Of a stretch of DNA of 16,895 nucleotides, positions 9,967 through 16,895 are shown piece after piece. The position numbers and the translations under genes are program-made. This DNA comes from Octopus sinensis (lineage: Eukaryota), in the NCBI RefSeq assembly GCF_006345805.1, contig NW_021824977.1:1-16895 (forward strand), in the 5' to 3' direction. Below the pieces are notes generated by a model. The model made no database searches. It was not told the origin of the DNA and saw only the letters and a list, made by a program, of their open reading frames with translations. Each line of letters begins with the position of its first letter. The first letter of the stretch is position 1.

Positions 9967-10277
9967 CGTGATCATCGTGACCGACCAGGCTCTCAGATGT
10001 TGCTACACATCGCTGGTCACAATGCGCTTCGCATTGTTTTAGCCTTCAAATGACGCCACCCCGCCGCGCTGCTAAGCGAGCAGGCCAACAAAAAAGAATG
10101 AGAGAAAGTTGTGGGGCGAAAGAGTACAGCAGAGATTGCCACCACCCCCCTGCGGAGCCTCGTGGAGCTTTAGGTGTTTCGCTCAATAAACACTCACAAC
10201 GCCCGGTCTGGGAATCGAAACCGCGAACCTACAACTGCAAGTCCGCTGCCCTAACCACTGGGCCATTGCGCCCCCAC
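9962..10277 (-). mobile_element. tRNA-derived SINE, family B
   Basis: Minus strand A-box TGGCCCAGTGG and B-box GTTTCGATTCC; aligns along its length with 15796-16111. Confidence 0.9.
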
Positions 10278-10310
10278 CACGAATTTGCGTGTCATCCTTG
10301 AGCTGGGGCC

Positions 10311-10343
<33 letters not shown>

Positions 10344-10393
10344 AATATGTAATTTTAGAATATATAAGAAGATGTACTTGCATAGCAAGTGAC
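10278..10393 (-). pseudogene. U6: U6 snRNA-derived copy, 3'-truncated
   Basis: Minus strand CTAAAATTGGAACGATACAGAGAAGATTAGCATGGCCCCAGCTCAAGGATGACACGCAAATTCGTG is near-identical to the conserved U6 core (ACAGAGA box, AGC triad, ISL). There is a 5' hairpin ACTTGC-TAT-GCAAGT and an internal 15-nt duplication. Confidence 0.9.
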
Positions 10394-10589
10394 TTGATCT
10401 GAGATCGTGTGCTGAAACAAAAATAATTGCAGCGTGGAAGCTGTTTGTAAGGCATTTAAGAACACACAAAAATCGTTAGTTTCACTTCAACATTTAAATT
10501 TATTTGTGTCAAAATATTTTCCTCGCTTTGAAACCACGACCTGTCCCCTGAGAAAACTTTGTGCTGCATCTAAATGTATGTGTGTGTGT

Positions 10590-10793
10590 GTGTGTGTTTG
10601 TCCCCCACCATCAACTGACACCTGATGCTGGTGTGTTTACGCCCTCGTAAGCTACCAAGTTCGGCAAAAGAGACCGAAAGATTAAGTACTAGGCTTACAA
10701 AGAATAACTCCTGGGGTCGATTAGTTCGACAAAAGGCGGTGCTCCAGCATGACCGCAGTCAAATGACTGAAGCAAGTAAAAGAATAAAAGAAT
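10590..10793 (+). mobile_element. Family A SINE 3' half
   Basis: Matches 500-700, including the GGCGGTGCTCCAGCATG tail and (TAAAAGAA)n. Confidence 0.85.
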
Positions 10794-11073
10794 ACACACG
10801 CACGCACACACACACATGTATGCATGCATGTATGTATGTATGCATGCATGGATGGATGGATGGATGGATGTATGTATGTATGTATGTACGTTTGTATGTA
10901 TTATTGATGTCATAGGGATTTTGAAATTCGATAACGTGAAATAATTCGTTTTAGAAAGGTTGAATCTCGAAGCAAATAAAGCTATCCAGTGTCTACATGC
11001 TATTATTTATAGCTTTATTTGCTACGAAATTCATCAATCCTAAAGCGAATATATATATATATATATATATATA

Positions 11074-11287
11074 TGACTTCTCGTCGACAACCATGATTGT
11101 CACACGCTGCTGAAAGGTAAACACCTTGAAACTCGGGTACGTGTGTATCATGTGTTGAAGACGGGGAGGATGACTCCCCTTCACAAATACTGACAGGACA
11201 CAGATAGTGTGTCTATAGCCAGCGGGAGGAGGTGTCTTTCTGGGGCTACAAACTACAGTAGCATCCACCCTTTTGGGTTAGCCATAT
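11074..11287 (-). repeat. Family X repeat, diverged copy 3
   Basis: Minus strand ...TAGCCCCAGAAAGACACCTCCTCCCGCTGGCTATAGACACACTATCTGTGTCC..AGTATTTG.. aligns with 2685-2895; lies between (TA)n tracts. Confidence 0.7.
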
Positions 11288-11331
11288 TCAAATGGCATAT
11301 AGCATCACGTTATATATATTATATATATATA

Positions 11332-11606
11332 CTAGCAGTATCTATCGCCGCCGCGTTGCTCGGGTTGTAAGGGAAATAACTATATAGCATTTTTAGAGAG
11401 TTATAGCCAAAAGTAGCAAAAAATGCATTAAAATTGAAAAAAATTAAGGTAAATTTTTCTTTAAATCGTTGACACATCTAGATATTTTTTAGAGAGTTAC
11501 TTCCCTTATATAAAACGAAAAGATGCATTAAAATTAAAAATATGATGGTAATTTTTTTTTAAATCGTAGACTCATCGTAGACGCGCGCTATACCCAGAAG
11601 GGCTCG
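11332..11606 (-). mobile_element. Helitron-like 3' end (same family as 809-1192)
   Basis: ACTAGCAGTATC..CGTTGCTCGGGTTGTAAGGGAAATAACTATA is the reverse complement of 1145-1193. Contains an internal ~95-bp imperfect tandem duplication. 5' boundary uncertain. Confidence 0.65.
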
Positions 11607-12356
11607 TTTGTTATTCTGGGTAACTTTCTGTAAAATTATTAAAATTTTGTTCAAACATCGCTATAGAAAATGGGTTATTAGCTAATTTCAATTGGGTATA
11701 CACAAAAATTTTACGATAGAATTTGTTATTCTGGGTAACTTTGATACCCATAATAATTTTATGGCAAAATAGGCCTTAATTTTCATTTAAGTTGTGGGAA
11801 ATAACAAACTATCCTTTCTTTCGGTTTGTTTACGTTTAGCGTATGATTCAAAGCTCCATTCGAAAAAGTAAATAGAAATAGTCTAAGGCTTTCCTCTTCT
11901 GGGAAAGTCTGTGGCTTGGTCCAGTTTCTTCAGAAAACTCACCGAAAGAAACAGTTTTAAATTTTCACGCCTCACTCCATTCAGGTACCAATTTCGTTTT
12001 CTTTATCGCTGTCGGATTCACTGTTTCCCACTTTATAGCTGCAAACTTGCAAAACAAAGGAGGAGAAGGGTGATAGCGTCAGTGAACAATTCGCTCCCTT
12101 GTGTGTGCGTTTGCGTGTGGTGTAAACCAGACAGACTAAGAAAAGCATTTGACACACACACCAGAATGTGAGTTTTCTGTAAATTTTGCTTAATTGGAGT
12201 TTAAATTTTAAAAACTGGACCTGGCATGACGCGATGGCATTGTACTCTTAAAATTGCTAGGTAAATTGTAATTGAAGAAATCCTATATTGTAGATTTCTA
12301 TAACTCCCAAAGGGAGGCAGATAAAATCTGCCTTTTATAATAAGAGATATATATAT

Positions 12357-12620
12357 AGTTAATCCAAACATGAAAACACAAAGAGAAAACACAACAACGC
12401 AAGGACGTGGAACAAGTATAGTATTATTGGACGCTCAGGAAAGAAGGAGGGTTTAACGTTTCGAGCGGAGCTCTTCGTCAGAAATATAGGAAAAGGAAAG
12501 ATCCAAAGAAGGGAAGACGGAGGAAAAAAATCGCCAACGGTACACACGCGGTCACATTTTGAATGACCGGAAGGGAATGGGTGAAGAAAAGTTCTTTCAA
12601 AGACAGGAGAGTGCAAGAGG
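12357..12620 (-). mobile_element. PLE-type pLTR fragment with hammerhead (family of 2457-2662)
   Basis: Minus strand aligns with 2457-2662 and ends TTGGATTAAC into (TA)n; may extend further 5'. Confidence 0.7.
12452..12484 (-). ncRNA. Minimal type-I hammerhead ribozyme
   Basis: Minus strand TTT-CTGACGA-A-GAGC tcc GCTC-GAAA-CGTT-AAA. Confidence 0.75.
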
Positions 12621-13378
12621 AGGTATGTGTGTGTTAAGTGTGGATATGTGCATGCGCGCAGGTCTGCGTTTGCGTGTGAGTGTATGTGTGTATGTGTGCA
12701 ATGATAACACGTGTATGTGTGTGTGTCTGCGCGCGCGGCGCGCGCGTGTGTGTGTATGTGTGTGGTTGTGGCTGTTAATCTATGTGTGGTAGGGCTTAAT
12801 ATTGTTCAAGGTCAAGGAAGAATGAATTAGGAGTGGCTTTTGTGGATAATCTACCCATGTGGAAGAATGGTCAGTGAAAGGTACTGGTAGTTTGGAGTAT
12901 GTGTGTGTGTGTGTGTGTGTGTGTCTGTGTGTGCGTGCATGTATATGAATTGTGTGTGTGTGTTGTTTGTAGTGTGTATGTATGTATATGTATATATATA
13001 TATATTGATGTTGTTGGTAAAACATGTTCTTTGTCTATCTCTTTATCCTCTTGGTGATTATGGATAAAAAATTTATACAAATGAGTCCTTCGAATTTAAC
13101 TAAATTCAATATTTTTTTGCAGCTGAAGATTGTTCTACATTTTAAATTGATGTAATGTTTGCATTATTCAATTAAATGGAGTCGCATGAAACGATCGTAC
13201 TGCATTACCTCTGGATATCCTTGTTGCTTATTTTGAGTATATATATGTAAATATAATTAAACAATTTAGGAATGGTCTTAATAGGCCATTCGTCCACTAG
13301 AAAGAGCAGCCATAACTCAAACCGCTAAGTAGTAATTCAGAAATTAGGTGAAAATTTAAAAACGTTTACCCTAATTCA

Positions 13379-13476
13379 TCTTTATACGATGATCGTTTCG
13401 TTGGTTTTTTTATGGTAAACTAGCTTAATTAATTAAATTAAGTCAATCTACCATGGGTACACTTCATCAGTAAAAA
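13379..13476 (-). ncRNA. Type-I hammerhead ribozyme, canonical core
   Basis: Minus strand TTTTTA-CTGATGA-A-GT...(ATGGTAGATTG/TAGTTTACCAT stem)...AC-GAAA-CGAT c ATCG-TA-TAAAGA. Confidence 0.85.
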
Positions 13477-13506
13477 GAACCGGAGAGACAAATATTCACG
13501 AGGCGT

Positions 13507-13577
13507 CTGTATCGATGCTTTCGGAATATCTGTCTTAAAATTTTCAAGACCATCGTATCGCGCCAACTTATCAGCAG
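13507..13577 (-). ncRNA. Degenerate second hammerhead-like motif
   Basis: Minus strand CTG-CTGATAA-GTTGG...GTCTTGAA/TTTAAGAC...CC-GAAA-GCATCGA-TA-CAG; core and stem III imperfect. Confidence 0.4.
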
Positions 13578-14084
13578 TAATATAAACTGCCGATTCATCT
13601 CAGAATTAGTCAGAAAATTATCAATTAAATCAATTAGGGTAGCAAAAAATTCAGTAGAAATTTATCGCTACCAGCGGGAAAGAGAAAATAGTCAAAGACT
13701 AAATATATAAAATTAACAATTAGGAATGGTCTTAATAGGCCATTCGTCCACTAGAAAGAGCAGCCATAACTCAAACCGCTATAGTAGTAATTCAGAAATT
13801 AGGTGAAAATTTAAAACGTTTACCCTAAGTTTTTAATTTTCACCTAATTTCTGAATTACTACTTAGCGGTTTGAGTTATGGCTGCTCTTTCTAGTGGACG
13901 AATGGCCTATTAAGACCATTCCTAAATTGTTTAATTTTATATATTTAGTCTTTGACTATTTTCTCTTTCCCGCTGGTAGCGATAAATTTCTACTGAATTT
14001 TTTGCTACCCTAAATTGATTTAATTGATTATATGTAAATATATATATATATACTTAAAACGTTTTTGGTCGTGGCCGGTTAGGA

Positions 14085-14142
14085 AGTGGTCATTGGTTTC
14101 GTACCTACTAAGTTCTTAGTTGTATACGTGACTCGTCAGACT
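14085..14142 (-). ncRNA. Hammerhead motif (intact core, mutated cleavage triplet)
   Basis: Minus strand AGT-CTGACGA-GT...AC-GAAA-CCAATG-ACC-ACT. Confidence 0.6.
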
Positions 14143-14263
14143 CGTTATAACCGCTCTACAACTGGAAATAGAAATATAGTCTTGATCAACTGGAAATAGG
14201 AATATAGCCAACCTCCAAGTTGTAGAGAGGTTATGTAGAGAGGTTAGGTGTCACCGGCCAACA

Positions 14264-14321
14264 AGTCTGAGGGTTCACCTGTACCACTAAGAACTTTATA
14301 GGTGCGAAACTAATGGTCACT
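14264..14321 (+). ncRNA. Hammerhead motif (GTC triplet intact, mutated core)
   Basis: AGT-CTGAGGG-TT-CACCTGTA...TATAGGTG-C-GAAA-CTAATG-GTC-ACT. Confidence 0.6.
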
Positions 14322-14454
14322 CTCTGACTATAACCAACTGCCTTTTAAGTATTACTGCTCTAAAGTTTTACAATTTTCGTATTTATGAACTACTGACCGA
14401 TTATATACATGTGTCCGTGTGTGTGTGTATGTACATATACGTGTGTATGATTAT

Positions 14455-14533
14455 TTATACATACATACATATCATACATACATACATACATACATACATA
14501 CATACATACATACATGCACAATACATACATACA

Positions 14534-14566
<33 letters not shown>
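14455..14566. repeat. (CATA)n microsatellite
   Basis: Directly visible. Confidence 0.95.
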
Positions 14567-14975
14567 GATGGACTCCCCCGTCGGTTTCGACGTATGAAGA
14601 TCTGACAATCTACTCTTTCTTTGTGAGTTATAATGCTTATTGTCAAATGTAACATTTGAGTCCCGCCAATGATTTGCAAAGAAGCCCACAGCTGTTGCAA
14701 GTATGAGGATTACGAGTCAGTACAGGCGGTATATTTGCTAAACAGATCGACATTAGACACTGTCTTTTAGTGAATAGAGATCTGTTTAACGGAGTTCACC
14801 ACTTCCGGGAAGGTTGGCTCCAGAGACAATTCCGGTATCTCAGCGTGCGGTTGAACAGACCTTATGATGTCATCATCTGTGACCAAGGTAGAGTTCAACA
14901 CGGCTTCGAAGTGGTTTTTCCATCGTTTAAGGATGTCAGATTTGTCACTTAGCAGTCTTTCTCCACTGGATAAAA
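14567..14975 (-). mobile_element. RTE-clade LINE remnant: pre-RT linker joined to C-terminal Zn-finger and 3' end
   Basis: LLSDKSDILKRWKNHFEAVLN...EPTFPEVVNSVKQIS (EN-RT tether), then HTCNSCGLLCKSLAGLKCY (degenerate C2H2, ~14645-14705) and a terminal stem-loop. Confidence 0.75.
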
Positions 14976-15108
14976 AAAATTGGAGTAACATCGCACTTAT
15001 CCTGCTTTTCGGTGGTTTTCAAAGGCAGAACATTAACACGCTTAGGCAATGATAACTGTTGTTGTCTTATATGTTTCAGATGGAACGTAGCCTTACTACA
15101 CAGAAGAG

Positions 15109-15520
15109 AACGGTAAAGCAAGGATGCTGTCCCGCCTGAAATCTACAAGCAGGTGAAGAGAAACTTTGCAAGAAATTGCACGACCTCTTCATAAATATTT
15201 TGTGGCTAAGCCGTGTACCACAGGAGTTTAAGGGTGCCTCAATTCAACACCTTTATAAGAACAAAAGAAACAAGTGTTTATGATAATCATCGCGGGGTAT
15301 CGCTTCTGTCTATTACTGGTAAGGTTTTTGCTCAACTCATTCTTGAAAGGATCATCAAACACGTCATAAATGACATCCATCCAGAAACAGAGTGTAGATT
15401 TCGCTCAGGCCATAGCACCATCGACATGATCTTTTTCCTTCGTTAGGTCGCTGAAAAGGTACATGAGAAAAATCAGAAGCAGTTTATAGTGCTCGTTGAA
15501 CTTTCTAAGGCCTTTGAAAA
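15109..15520 (+). pseudogene. RTE-clade LINE reverse transcriptase, N-terminal fragment
   Basis: GKA / DAVPPEIYK / VPQEFKGASIQHLYK / NHRGVSLLSITGKVFA...PETECRFRSGHSTIDMIFFLR*VAEK...VELSKAFE; frameshifts and a stop. Confidence 0.9.
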
Positions 15521-15795
15521 GGGAATAAAAGCTGCTGCCGTGTGCGGCGGGGTATTTTAGGTTCTTTCGATGTTACAAGTGGCATACACGCATACACGCG
15601 CACACACACAAACGCGCGCGCACATGTATACACAGAAACAGACACACAGACACACCCAGTCACACATACACACATATACATTCATATATATATATATATA
15701 TAAAATATATATATATATATAGATATATATATATATATATCTATATATATATGTGTGTGGTGTGTGTGTGTGTGTGGTGTGTGTGGGTGTGTGTA

Positions 15796-16107
15796 GGCGC
15801 AATGGCCCAGTGGTTAGGGCAGCGGACTCGCGGTCGTAGGATTGCGGTTTCGATTCCTAGACCGGGCGTTGTGAGTGTTTATTGAGCGAAGACACCTAAA
15901 AAGCTCCACGAGGCCCCGGCAGGGGGGGGGGGTGATCCCTGCTGTACTCTTTCACCACACTTTCTCTTACTCTTTCTTCTGTTGGCCTGCTCGCTTAGCC
16001 AGCGGGGTGACGTCATTCGAAGGCTAAAACAATGCGAACGCATTGTGACCAGCGATGTGTAACTACATCTAATGGACTAGTCGGTCACATGATGATGATG
16101 ATGATGA

Positions 16108-16111
<4 letters not shown>
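15796..16111 (+). mobile_element. tRNA-derived SINE, family B (full length)
   Basis: A-box TGGCCCAGTGG, B-box GTTTCGATTCC, 3' (GAT)n tail. Confidence 0.9.
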
Positions 16112-16151
<40 letters not shown>

Positions 16152-16153
<2 letters not shown>

Positions 16154-16451
16154 GACGGACTCTTCCATCGAAGATGACGTATGAGTGTTCAGCTGTTGCC
16201 GAACGACTTGCACAAATAATTTATTTGTAGTGCTCAAATGTTCGCGCTGCTCATTAGCTCATTCTCTACATCAAATCGACGTTTATATAGTCTATAAACG
16301 ACCTTGCACGAACAAGTGCATGGTGTTCCACACATCAGGTGTCGAAGTGAGTATTTTGTTAAAGAACACAACGCAGCATCCAGTCTAGGATTTGAAACCA
16401 CGATCTCGCACTCGTAAGTGCAACACCCTAAGCACTAAGCCATGTGCCCTC
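16152..16451 (-). mobile_element. tRNA-derived SINE, family C, with RTE-like 3' tail
   Basis: Minus strand A-box TGGCTTAGTG and B-box GTTTCAAATCC. The 3' end CATACGTC..CGATGGAAGAGTCCGTCAT resembles the RTE end at 14565-14596. Confidence 0.7.
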
Positions 16452-16474
16452 ACTACATAGGGTATACGTCCTCA

Positions 16475-16613
16475 CACATACACACACACGCGCGTGCACA
16501 TACATGCATACATGCATACATACATACATGCATGCATGCATACATACATACATACATACATACATACATACATACATACATACATACATACATACATACA
16601 TACATACATACAT
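16475..16613. repeat. (CA)n/(CATA)n microsatellite
   Basis: Directly visible. Confidence 0.95.
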
Positions 16614-16616
16614 TTA

Positions 16617-16895
16617 CTTAAGCGCCCTTTTCAAGCCTAGCCAGGCTCACGGGCCCAGTTTCCCGGTTTCTATAGCGTATGTGTCCCCCCTACTCACCGC
16701 TGGATGGGATGCCAGTCCATCACAGTGTTACTCAAGAAACAGGAAGAAAGAGTGAGAGAAAGTTGGGGCGAAAGAGTACAGTAAGGATCGCCACCACCCT
16801 CTTCTGGAGCCTTGTGGAGCTTTTAGGTGTTTTTGCTCAATAAACACACACAACGCCCGGTCTGGGAATCGAAACCGCGATCCTCCGACCGCGAG
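16617..16895 (-). mobile_element. Family B-headed SINE with alternative tail (runs off window end)
   Basis: 16745-16895 matches the family B head/body (B-box GTTTCGATTCC); 16617-16740 is unrelated to the family B tail. Confidence 0.8.

Larger units (their letters stand above)
13256..14028 (-). mobile_element. Non-coding HHR retroelement (retrozyme/PLE-derived): partial tandem plus inverted arm, 14-bp TSD
   Basis: TATATGTAAATATA at 13242-13255 and 14029-14042. Direct repeat 13256-13374 / 13712-13828. Inverted repeat 13620-13817 / 13829-14028. HHR motifs inside; no ORF. Confidence 0.8.
14051..14351. repeat. ~300-bp imperfect fold-back element with hammerheads in both polarities
   Basis: Termini TACTTAAAA/TTTTAAGTA. 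14085-14142 pairs with 14264-14321. Inner stem ATAACCGCTCTACAACT/AGTTGTAGAGAGGTTAT. Confidence 0.8.

Noticed and set aside
10278-10393. Functional U6 gene
   Set aside because: 3' end and terminator missing, internal duplication, ISL substitutions.
13256-13935. CRISPR-like array
   Set aside because: Repeats are ~118 bp, only three, one inverted; eukaryotic retroelement context and no cas genes.
15796-15870. Functional tRNA gene
   Set aside because: A and B boxes are present but there is no complete cloverleaf; it continues into the SINE body.
190-16755. Short ORFs with YIYI, CVCV, HTHT or MYVC runs, and SINE-derived ORFs
   Set aside because: Microsatellite and SINE translation artefacts.

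Overview
AT-rich, repeat-saturated eukaryotic DNA with no recognisable host gene. It is most likely a coleoid cephalopod (Octopus-like), inferred only from the SINE and microsatellite content. The window is a nest of retroelements. There are two 5'-truncated Penelope-like elements (PLEs) with GIY-YIG endonuclease and a CxC-x5-C linker; one carries long in-frame Asn-rich inserts. About ten type-I hammerhead ribozyme (HHR) motifs from several unrelated families occur, and nearly all of their host elements abut (TA)n microsatellites. One is a non-coding ~455-nt-unit HHR element with a 14-bp target-site duplication and a ~200-bp palindrome (retrozyme-like). Another is a ~300-nt rod-like fold-back with hammerheads on both strands. 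Also present are a U6 snRNA copy fused to a tRNA-SINE, three tRNA-SINE families (two with their apparent partner LINE 3' ends in the window), CR1-like and RTE LINE fragments, and non-autonomous Helitrons. Nearly all ORFs in the track are microsatellite or SINE artefacts. All alignments and folds were done by eye; no searches were run.
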